Below are positions 34,640 through 44,555 of a stretch of DNA of 44,555 bases, one piece after another (the first letter of the stretch is position 1; every line of letters begins with the position of its first letter). Position numbers and translations under genes: made by a program. The notes under the pieces were generated by a model that searched no databases, was not told where the DNA came from, and saw nothing but the letters and a program-made list of their open reading frames with translations. The DNA comes from Octopus bimaculoides (Eukaryota). The stretch is taken from NCBI RefSeq assembly GCF_001194135.2, contig NC_068988.1, forward strand, positions 23,951,103 through 23,995,657, read 5' to 3'.

Positions 34640-34998
34640 CAGTTTAGACATAGTTTAGCCAGATCACTTCTCCATTGAGTTAAATGTATCAACAATCTTA
34701 GAAACAAAACTAAAGATAGCCATAAGAAATATTTGCTACACACCATACTGATCATATCTGTCAGGCATGTGGAAGGGAGTGTAGTTCGGCGGGAGGACTT
34801 AAACGACATGCAGGGGTACATGAAGACCAGTTACCACTACAGCCGGCTATTGCCGGTAAAGGTTTTAGCTGCCAATTCAGTACAAGACATTATAGATCTT
34901 TAGCTGGGCTAAAATGTCACGTTCGATCACAGCACCGTTAAAAGTTAAGCCTCGTGCAATGGCGATACTCGATAACGAGGGTCAGCCACCATCATCAT
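34640..34998 (+). mobile_element. 3' end of an RTE-like LINE with two C2H2-type zinc fingers
   Basis: Frame 34726-34941: CQACGRECSSAGGLKRHAGVH...FSCQFSTRHYRSLAGLKCHVRSQHR*; then CTCG-ATAA-CGAG stem-loop (34968-34979) and CATCATCAT tail. Confidence 0.6.
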
Positions 34999-35492
34999 GT
35001 ATGTATGTATTAATCGAGTATGACCCTTCTCAACACCAGTATTGATAGATTACATTCACATAGGCACCAAGCTAGCTAAAGACCAACACCACAAAACTCA
35101 AAGGTAATATGGAGCTGAATATTTCCGAAAAGGAAATCAATCGATATTCCGATCCAAGGCTCAAAATAGAAAATTAAAATTAAAAATATAACGAATTGCA
35201 CAAGCAGAACATATTTACCCGTTTGGACTCTCGATGTTTCATATAAATGTCAAAGAAATATTTGGATCGGAAGTAATGCCCAAATAAGCTTTTGTTACTT
35301 ATGTATAACTCTTTGTCATCACTGATGCAATAGATATATGGCAAGAAAACAGCCCGCCGAAACATTATGTGCGATCCACAGATATGTTACTCTTGGTATT
35401 ATATCTTGAATGTTACAGTCTACAACCCTTTCTGCTCACTCCACCATACGGTGACGGATCAGGTGAGACCGCTGTATGACACATTCAGTATC

Positions 35493-35922
35493 ATTTATCT
35501 TTTAACTTGCTTCAGTCATTGGATTGCGGCCATGCTGATTACTCCCAGTAATTATTTTTCAGCCTGGTACTTATACCTTATTTTATCGATCTCTATTGCC
35601 AAACTACTAAGTTACATTGACGTAAACGAACCAACACCGGTTGTCCAGTGGTGGAAAGGGGCAACACAATGACACACATACACACACACACACACACACA
35701 TACACACACATGCACAAACATATCCACACATAGACACGTACATATATAGATATAGATATAGATATTTACGATAGCCTTCTGCTCCGTTTCTGTCCACGAA
35801 ACTCAATTACAAAGCATTGCTCTCTCGTGGGCAGCAGTACAAGACACTTGAGCAAGGTGTCCCGCAGTGGGAACGAACCTGATACTACAGGTTAGCAAAG
35901 CATGCTTCTTAACTACATGCCT
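35493..35922 (-). mobile_element. SINE family B, diverged
   Basis: CTTCAGTCATTGGATTGCGGCCATGCTG tail, internal CA tract, GACACTTGAGCAAGGTGTCCCGCAGTGGGAACGAACC head. Confidence 0.8.
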
Positions 35923-36132
35923 GTCTCTGTTTGTACGTAAATTCTGTTGTGCCTGTTCGTGACAACCCGTGTTGAGGCCGGTAAAGTTAATTCAATAACG
36001 GCGCAGTAGTTGCTGCTCCAATGAACTGACACGGTGCCTCGATTTATTAACATTAGCCATCATGTTTATCTCGCAGTTATAAAAATAAATGAAAAAAATT
36101 GATAAATTTGTCCGGAATAAAATACGTCAGAC

Positions 36133-36372
36133 GAGGTGCGTGGCTTGATGGTTTGGGTGTTGGATCGTAAGATTGTGGTTTCGATTCCTGGACTAGGTGA
36201 TGTGTTGTGTTCTCGAGCAAAACACTTCATTTCACGTTGCTCCAGTCCACTCAGCTGGCAGAAATGAGCAATCTTGTGACGGACCGGCGTCCTATCCAGG
36301 TGGGGGAACTTATGCCAATGGAAACCGGAAAACCAGCCCTTTAGAGTCTATATGACTCGGGAAGGGACTTTA
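36133..36372 (+). mobile_element. SINE family A
   Basis: GAGGTGCGTGGCTTGATGG head, GGTTTCGATTCC, CORE-like block, GTGACGGACCGGCGTCCTATCCAGG. Confidence 0.82.
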
Positions 36373-37753
36373 TGAGTCGACGCGAAAAGGAAACTTTAGT
36401 TTTTTTTTTACTACAAAACGCCGGAAAATATATAGTGGTTAAGACTTCCACTCCGCTGGAATTAAGCAATTTCAATCACCCCACCCCCACCCCCACACAC
36501 ACAAGTTTATCGTATTGTACCAAAAATTTACTGTAGAATTTTCTTCGCTACTTTGGTTCGAAACGTTATTTATATTCTCTTAACAGACATCAGCTGAACG
36601 TTCTTAATTTCCGAAACGACAGTTTCAAACCATTTCCGATAATGAATAGAAATATACCTCAATAATCATAAACTTATTTGATTTTACTACAAAATCATAT
36701 TGCAGACATAAAGATATGTTCTGACCACCTTTTACGATTAATCGATAGCATTATATTGTTATGGAAAAATAATTTGCCGAATCGGTGAGCACCCTGAGAC
36801 TTCTCATCGAACTGATTTGAATGAGTGTACGACAAACGTATCCCATACGGTGAAGAATTTTAATTAAAATTTACTTAATTTCCGTTTTTGATTTCGTATT
36901 GGTAGATTCAAACGGTACATTATTTGTATTACACTTATTCTAACTTGGATCCCAGGTGACGGCTTGGCAACTGGTTTTATCCTTCCAGTGTATTCAGTTT
37001 GAATCTACAACCGTGTAACGCCATTGAATTCGAATAGTTGAATGTAAAGTTGAATTATTTCATCGGTAATTTCTCCTGGATGTACTCCATCAACCGTTAT
37101 TGAAATCATTAGGTTTAAATGCGTGGATTTCTTTTCTGTCTTCTAAGTGATTATTTATCTTTCTTTCTCTCGGTAAAGCTTTTCTGAATACATATGCTCC
37201 TATCTGTCCCGTGGTTTGGGATTAGGATCTGACATATTAATGTTAATTTGTCTATTTTGCTTCCCGAGAGGAAACTAAAGACAAATATTATCTTATGTCC
37301 AGTATGAGGCGACAGATAAGAATACAAACTTACGATTCGAGATAAGAATACTAAATTACGAAGACGAATGATAGAGACACTACGAATGATAGATACGGAA
37401 GACATGAATGAATTTAAGATTAGGAAAAGAGAAAAAATGATCCAAGATAGAAAAAAATGGCTGTTACCACAACTGTCGTAAAAGATTATATTGGAATCGC
37501 TTGATTGATGAAGATTTCTGGCTCGATGTTTCAAATTGCTTAGAAGAGCAGACTAAAGAAAGATCAGCAGCCCGTTAATATTGAACTTACTCAGACATCA
37601 GTAATATATTTTCGTTGTGTGATTTTACCGTCATGGTTCTGTCTGCCTTGCATATGAATAGTTATGTGGAATTGAAATACTGCAGATTAAGATTAATAAC
37701 GTGACTATTATCTCTCCAGCAAAATTGATTTTGACTTCCATACGTATCAAAGT

Positions 37754-37945
37754 AAGGCAGCGAGTTGTCAGAATCGTTAACACATCGGATGGAATGTTCG
37801 GCAGTATTTCATCTGACTCTTTACGTTTTGAGTTCACATCCCGCCTAGGTCAACTTTGTCTTTCATTCCTTTTGGATCGATAAAATAATGTACCATTCAA
37901 GAACTGGGGTTAATATAATCGACTTGCTCTCGTCTTTCAAAACTG
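37754..37945 (+). mobile_element. SINE family C, diverged
   Basis: GGCAGCGAGTTGTCAGAATCGTTAAC...GAGTTCACATCC...GATCGATAAAATAATGTACC. Confidence 0.75.
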
Positions 37946-38156
37946 TTTCCTTTGGACCCTGTAAAGGAAAGTTGTGATCTTGGTTATTTGTACTTAATGG
38001 AAACAGGGTTGCCGGTGTTATGAGTCCTAGGGCTGAAGTAAGTAGGTTCTTACATAGACAAATGGTTTTGCATAAATCTTATAAGACAACATGTATTTCA
38101 AAATGCAATTTTTTCAAATTAAGTTGATTATTTTCATATCCATGAGTATGTTAAGT

Positions 38157-38465
38157 GGAGGCGCAATGGCCCAGTGGTTAGGGTAGCGGACTCCCATTCG
38201 GAGGATCGCGGTTTCGATTCCCAGACCGGACTTTGTGAGTGTTTATTCAGTAGAAACACCTAAGCTCAACGAGACTCCGGCAGGGGGTGGTGGCGACCCC
38301 TGTTGTAGTCTTTCGCCCCAAATTTCTCTCACTCATTCTTCCTGTTTCTTGAGTAACGCTGCGATGGACTGGCGTCCCGTCCAGCTGAGGGGGAACACAT
38401 ACGCCATAGAAACCGGGAAACCGGGCCCATGAGCCTGGCGAGGCTTTGAAAGGGCGAAAAAAAAA
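38157..38465 (+). mobile_element. Full-length SINE family A variant with poly(A) tail and 12-bp TSD
   Basis: TGGCCCAGTGGTTAGG A-box, GGTTTCGATTCC B-box, V-like block, A-tail; ATGAGTATGTTA at 38142-38153 and 38466-38477. Confidence 0.9.
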
Positions 38466-38611
38466 ATGAGTATGTTACAGTACGTGATCAACTCTGATTT
38501 TAGAATTACATTTTAAAATATTATCAATGCATCTGAAATATCAAAAGAATATGGAATTTGAAAATCCTGATTGCTGCATGCAAGTTGACACAAAATGCTT
38601 CAGATGTCGTC

Positions 38612-38930
38612 CAGGTGTAAGCATGGCTGTGAGATTAAGAAGCTTACTTTACAACCACGTGGATTCAGACGGAAAGGCACTGTGCTGTACTTTGGGCAAG
38701 TTTTTCTGCTCTATCACAGGACCGACCAATTACTAGCGAGTGAATTTGGTCGACGGATATTATGTATATGTGTGTGTTTTTGTGTTTAGGTTTGTCCCCA
38801 ACCATTGCTTGATAAACGGTGTTGGTTTGTTTAAGCAGTTAGTGCGAAAGAGACGGATACCATACCTTCCAGGCGGATACGATACCTCCCCATAAAATTT
38901 CGGGCCTTGTTCCTAGTGGAGAAAAGATAT
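38612..38930 (+). mobile_element. Degraded SINE B followed by a SINE C tail fragment (38885-38930)
   Basis: GCATGGCTGTGAGATTAAGAAGCTT...CTTTGGGCAAG; AAAATTTCGGGCCTTGTTCCTAG. Confidence 0.65.
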
Positions 38931-39260
38931 TACCGAACTCTAGCGCAATTTACTTCAATTTTTTTTTTTTTACGTTTATGACCGTAAATTACATGTTAAT
39001 CGATTGACTTATTTTTGACTACTGCGTTTATTAGTCTGTTTAATCTGTACATGTCTAAGGTCAGCCAACAATGATAGTGAACCATATTCGCTAAATAAAG
39101 TAAATAAATGATTTGCTTCTTCGTTCCTCCGTACACTGGTAGCCACCTCAAACGTTGCACATTCCTTATTGCCCACCTGTCAAACATCAACGCTGTATGG
39201 GATAAACTTTGGATATTCGGAACAGATTTAGAATATCGTAGTTAACATAAAGATACATTA

Positions 39261-39465
39261 CAGCGACGAGGTGGCAGAACAGTTAGCACGCCGGACGCGA
39301 TACTTAGCGGCAACTAGTCCGTCTTTATGTTCGGTGTGCAAAATCCGCCGACGTCGATATTGCTTTTCGTTGTCGATACAATAAGTACCAGTTGAGCACT
39401 AGGGTCGATTTTAATCGACTTGGCCCCTCGCCAAAATGGCTGGCCTTCTGCCAAATTATGAAACC
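39261..39465 (+). mobile_element. SINE family C, diverged
   Basis: GGTGGCAGAACAGTTAGCACGCCGG...AATAAGTACCAGTTGAGCACTAGGGTCGATTTTAATCGACT. Confidence 0.78.
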
Positions 39466-39568
39466 AATATATAAATACAGTTGAGAATTCTTTTGATTTT
39501 TGTGTTTTAAATTCTGTATTCCGTAAGTTCGATTCATTGTTTCAGTTGAGGGAACAAAATTCAGTGTT

Positions 39569-39779
39569 ATTTTTTATGTTTACTCGTTTGAGTCATTGAA
39601 CTGCGTTGTGCTCATTCTGGGGCAGCGCCTTGACGGGTTTAGCTGAACATGTCGACTCCGATGTCTTAATTTTGTGTCGGCCCGAGTCTATATTAGAAGA
39701 CACCTGCCCAAGGTGCCACGCATTAGGACTGAACCCGGAAACATGTTGTTGGGAAGCAAGCTTCTAGCCGATACATCCT
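39569..39779 (-). mobile_element. SINE family B with large internal deletion (no microsatellite)
   Basis: Tail GTCGACTCC joins almost directly to GTCGGCCCGAG...CCCAAGGTGCCACGC head. Confidence 0.72.
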
Positions 39780-40112
39780 TCTATTTTAAAAGCAGCTGAA
39801 GAGAATTCGATTGTTATTTCTAGCAAGACAAGTGTGTAAGTAATAGCTTCGTCGTTGTATCACTGAATATGGATGGGAACGCTGCAGTATTTTCACTACT
39901 TTCGGAGAGAGAGCGTAGCAAATCGTAGTATCGATGAACGAGGACAAGTGAGAAGATTGCACGGCAGAGAGCTGCTTGTTGTGACATGTTGAAAGCGGAA
40001 AGCAAAATCAAACATTACACAGAACCTATAGCTGAATACACAGCGCAAATGCTTCCAATACATAGATAAATACACACACACATACACACGCATGTATGTA
40101 TACATGTATGTG

Positions 40113-40169
<57 letters not shown>

Positions 40170-40467
40170 NNNNNNNNNNNNNNNNNNNNNNNNNNNNNNN
40201 NNNNNNNNNNNNNNNNNNNNNNNNNNNNNNNNNNNNNNNNNNNNNNNNNNNNNNNNNNNNNNNNNNNNNNNNNNNNNNNNNNNNNNNNNNNNNNNNNNNN
40301 NNNNNNNNNNNNNNNNNNNNNNNNNNNNNNNNNNNNNNNNNNNNNNNNNNNNNNNNNNNNNNNNNNNNNNNNNNNNNNNNNNNNNNNNNNNNNNNNNNNN
40401 NNNNNNNNNNNNNNNNNNNNNNNNNNNNNNNNNNNNNNNNNNNNNNNNNNNNNNNNNNNNNNNNNNN

Positions 40468-40638
40468 TATATATACGACGGGCTTCTTTCAGTTTCCGTC
40501 TGCTAAATACCACTCACAAAGCTTTGGTCGGACCGTGGCTATAGGAGAAGACACTTGCATAATGTGTCACGCAGTGGGACTGAACCCGGAAGCATGTGGG
40601 TTGGAAGCAAGCTTCTCTCCACACAGCCACTCCTGCGC
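40468..40638 (-). mobile_element. SINE family B head; its internal (TA)n runs into the gap
   Basis: ATACGACGGGCTTCTTTCAGTTTCCGTC...CACAGCCACTCCTGCGCC. Confidence 0.85.
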
Positions 40639-41227
40639 CTGTATGTACATGTGTATGTATGTATGTATGTATGTATGTATGTATGTATGTATGTATGTAT
40701 ATATCTATGTATGCCTGTGTGTATGTATGTCTATGTATGTATGTGTGTATGTATGTGTGTGGGTACGTATTTGAATGTCGTCATGTCATGTCAGATGGTA
40801 GTTTTACTTTCCTCTTTTTTCTTATTGTTATTTCGCACTTGCATTTGTCCGTGCATGCATGTCCATGCATGAGCGCTTTCATTCAATCTTATTCTCGCAC
40901 TAGCAATGTACTACAATGGTCGGAGAACGTAACTGTCTCAAGAGAAATTCATTAGTATAATTTATACAATATAGATTATTGCTTTCAGGACCCTATAGCA
41001 TTTTATGATCTCAGTGCATCACTTCCTTATTTTAAACAATGTAATAATACACATGTTCACTGTTTGGATCACGGATTATGCTAATTGTGAGCACGGCACG
41101 CTTCTATATATTATTAAGGAGAGAGTTGTCCGCAAACTGCAGACAGCCAAGATGTTTGCCACAAAGAGGCAGTTCATTAAAGCCACACAAGGTAGCGAGT
41201 GATGGTGTCGATATAAGTTCTGTTTTA

Positions 41228-41441
41228 AAGTGGCGAGCTGGCAGATACCTTAGTACGTTGGGCGAAATGCTTGGCAGCATTTCGTCTGTCTTTACGTTCT
41301 GAGTTCAAATTTCGCCGAGAGCGATTTTGCCTTTCATCCCTCGGGGTCGATAAACTCAGTGCCAGTTGCATACTGGGATTGATCTAATCGACTGATCCCC
41401 TCCCCAAAAACTTCGGCCCTTGTGCCTAGAGTAGCAAAAGA
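41228..41441 (+). mobile_element. Full-length SINE family C with diverged ~16-bp TSD
   Basis: ATATAAGTTCTGTTTTA (41211-41227) versus ATATAAGTACTATTTA (41442-41457). Confidence 0.87.
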
Positions 41442-41832
41442 ATATAAGTACTATTTACGTTGGGAGATTCATGTAATCTAAGCCAAAATTTGAAACTATG
41501 TTATCTAAAAGATCCCTACACCATTTTTTAATGCTGAAGAATAAGTTACTCGTCGAGATACTGTACTAATAAAGGAATTTAGGGAAATTTATATAGATTC
41601 CAACAACTGTTTATATTATTACCTTAAGAAGTGTCTTTCGTTTCCGATAGAAACAGAGGAAGAAATTACGTTATAAATATCTATGTATAGAGAGAAACAA
41701 GCAGAAGTCGAGAGAGAACTTGCAGGAGAGATAGAATGCGTGAGTCTAAAGAAATTCAGACAAGTGGTGACAAGAGTGAGCTAGTGATTGGCCTAGAGGG
41801 TGAGAGAGTGAGAGAGTGAGACTGAGCGTGAA

Positions 41833-41889
<57 letters not shown>

Positions 41890-43218
41890 NNNNNNNNNNN
41901 NNNNNNNNNNNNNNNNNNNNNNNNNNNNNNNNNNNNNNNNNNNNNNNNNNNNNNNNNNNNNNNNNNNNNNNNNNNNNNNNNNNNNNNNNNNNNNNNNNNN
42001 NNNNNNNNNNNNNNNNNNNNNNNNNNNNNNNNNNNNNNNNNNNNNNNNNNNNNNNNNNNNNNNNNNNNNNNNNNNNNNNNNNNNNNNNNNNNNNNNNNNN
42101 NNNNNNNNNNNNNNNNNNNNNNNNNNNNNNNNNNNNNNNNNNNNNNNNNNNNNNNNNNNNNNNNNNNNNNNNNNNNNNNNNNNNNNNNNNNNNNNNNNNN
42201 NNNNNNNNNNNNNNNNNNNNNNNNNNNNNNNNNNNNNNNNNNNNNNNNNNNNNNNNNNNNNNNNNNNNNNNNNNNNNNNNNNNNNNATATATATACAGAG
42301 AGAGAGAGAGAGAGGGGGAGCGGGCATTGGTTAATGTAGAAGCTAGACAGACAACAAAGCTGCAAGGACAATAATTTCGCAGACGTAGACAAAACGTTAA
42401 ATATAGTCTCAGGAACCAGAAGCAATAATGATTTCTCGTCTTGGTATTGTAACGTTTAGATGTGACATGCATAGATTGTGACAGCTACCAGATTGTAATC
42501 GCATAATTGTGATTGTTAAGAAGTGATTGGTGGAGGCTGCGTTTGAAGATGGGCTGCAAAATGCATAGTTGATAATTTCAGGATGTTTGAAATAAATTGA
42601 CAGGTGATTTGTACATACAGCTTTTAGATCTTATCATAGCTCTTAGATAACTGTTGCGAAGTTTATCACTATTTGTACCAGTTGGAAGTAAATTGCAAAT
42701 GTTAGTCTGTTAATAGAGAATCTCCGGTTGCTGCAGAAAACTTACTATTAAGTTGACGAGAAAGGGACGGGTAGAGACAGAGACAGACAGACTGACAGAC
42801 AAGAGAAAATAGAAGGAGAGACGTTAATTAGCAATTATAAAATGTCATCAAAGAAATACAGGAGAGATTGGGTGCTCATAAATATTAATCTTATTTTTTG
42901 CGAACAATTTTTATCGACTTGAGATATAACCTGTCCGACATTTGCTGAGTGAAAAGGAAGTTAGAGATATTACATCGCCGACATTACTGGGGATAGAAGG
43001 GTTGTCCTATTATAAGCGTCTCAAATGTCTACCTGTCTTAGAATTATAGCTAGGTCAACAACAACAAAAGCGAATTGTTTATCTGAGCTGAATTCAGTTT
43101 TACTAAATTTGTTCAGGAAGTTGACAGATGACACATATATTCTGAGTGCGTTCAAAGAACAATGGGAAGCAGCAAAGAGAGGCACTGCGACTTATGTTTC
43201 GATTCCTGGTTGAAAATT

Positions 43219-43273
<55 letters not shown>

Positions 43274-43624
43274 NNNNNNNNNNNNNNNNNNNNNNNNNNN
43301 NNNNNNNNNNNNNNNNNNNNNNNNNNNNNNNNNNNNNNNNNNNNNNNNNNNNNNNNNNNNNNNNNNNNNNNNNNNNNNNNNNNNNNNNNNNNNNNNNNNN
43401 NNNNNNNNNNNNNNNNNNNNNNNNNNNNNNNNNNNNNNNNNNNNNNNNNNNNNNNNNNNNNNNNNNNNNNNNNNNNNNNNNNNNNNNNNNNNNNNNNNNN
43501 NNNNNNNNNNNNNNNNNNNNNNNNNNNNNNNNNNNNNNNNNNNNNNNNNNNNNNNNNNCTTTTAACTTAGTGATTTACTTGTACTTCAGTTAAAAATAGT
43601 TGACTTCCAGTAAAAAGACACACT

Positions 43625-43893
43625 TCGGCCATGAATGACCATGGGATTGCTGGAAGATAATTCTCCTCCGAGACACAAGTCTGGGTGAGATTTTTTTTTT
43701 AATGGAAAGCCAGCAGTTGCCCATGCATACCAGCCTTCCCGCTCCACGTCACCGATGTTATCCAAAGGAAAGGCAAAGGGGCCGATACGGCCTGGCACGA
43801 GTGAAGTCTCAACTCATTTATACAGCTGAATGAATTGGAGCAACGTAAAATAAAATGTCATGCCCGAGAGCACAAAACACAGTCCGGTCTGGG
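43625..43893 (-). mobile_element. SINE family A-related copy with a different 3' tail
   Basis: CAGCTGAATGAATTGGAGCAACGTAAAATAAAATGTCATGCCCGAG and GGGAATCGAACTC are the reverse complement of the A head/CORE-like block. Confidence 0.7.
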
Positions 43894-44444
43894 AATCGAA
43901 CTCATTTAAGCTGCCGGTTATTCATAGCTTTCGACAATGATTGAAGTTATTTCCTTTATCTTAGGGATTAGGGACAGGCATAGCTGTGTAGTTTATTAGT
44001 TTGTTTCGTAACCAAGTATTTCTATGTTCTATGTTGTTGCGTCACATCTTCGGATTGACCAATACAGAATTTGTATAGCGAAATTTTTTACAAATTTTCA
44101 ATCACTGACTGTGCATACACACTTATATACATACATAACAATATACATATACATACATAACAATATACATATATACATTACACACTTACATATATATGAA
44201 TGATCCAACATAAAAACAATTAGATAGATATACATATATTTGCATGTATGGAGAAGGTTCTGTGTGTATATGCCTGTATATATGTGTGCGTGAATATATC
44301 TGTGCTGTGCGTATATGCCTGTGTATATGTGCGCAGAATATATCTGCTGAGTGTGTATTCAACAATGGAAGTGCATCCAGTTTCACCGAGTACTCGAACA
44401 ATCAAAAGTACATAGCACACACACACATACACGCGCACACAGAC

Positions 44445-44503
44445 AGACATACAGACAGACACACACACACACACTTACACACACATATCTATCTATCTAT
44501 CTA

Positions 44504-44555
<52 letters not shown>
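44445..44555. repeat. Compound (CA)n/(TATC)n/(TC)n/(TA)n microsatellite
   Basis: Direct reading. Confidence 0.96.

Noticed and set aside
38157-38230. SINE heads as tRNA genes
   Set aside because: A and B boxes are present, but cloverleaves are imperfect and continue into multicopy SINE bodies.
1-44555. Prokaryotic-type systems (CRISPR, operons, defence islands) and rRNA
   Set aside because: No repeat-spacer array, no gene-dense ORFs and no rRNA motifs; the sequence is eukaryotic repeat-rich DNA.

Overview
Repeat-saturated, AT-rich animal genomic DNA, intronic or intergenic in character. About 4.5 kb (~10%) is N-gaps, nearly all abutting (TA)n/(CA)n microsatellites, as expected of a short-read assembly. 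The repeat families resemble those I recall from Octopus/coleoid cephalopod genomes (inference, not a database result). No confidently identifiable host gene, rRNA, tRNA gene or CRISPR array is present; almost all ORFs in the track are translations of microsatellites, gaps or SINEs. Supported content: (1) one full-length but inactivated ~1.28 kb Hsmar1-like mariner with TIRs and TA TSD; (2) a 401-bp internally deleted Tc1/mariner derivative and two further mariner relics; (3) more than 30 copies or fragments of three tRNA-derived SINE families (here called A, B, C), three with clear TSDs; (4) a 264-bp solo LTR; (5) the 3' end of an RTE-like LINE with two C2H2-type fingers; (6) two copies of a Penelope-type repeat, each carrying a minimal hammerhead-ribozyme-like core; (7) a perfect 23-bp hairpin inside a tiny TA-flanked MITE-like unit; (8) a few unproven exon candidates. 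I did not find a convincing new biological system. The hammerhead-bearing repeat, the modular SINE architecture and a 129-nt exon-like segment with one in-frame TGA are the best leads.
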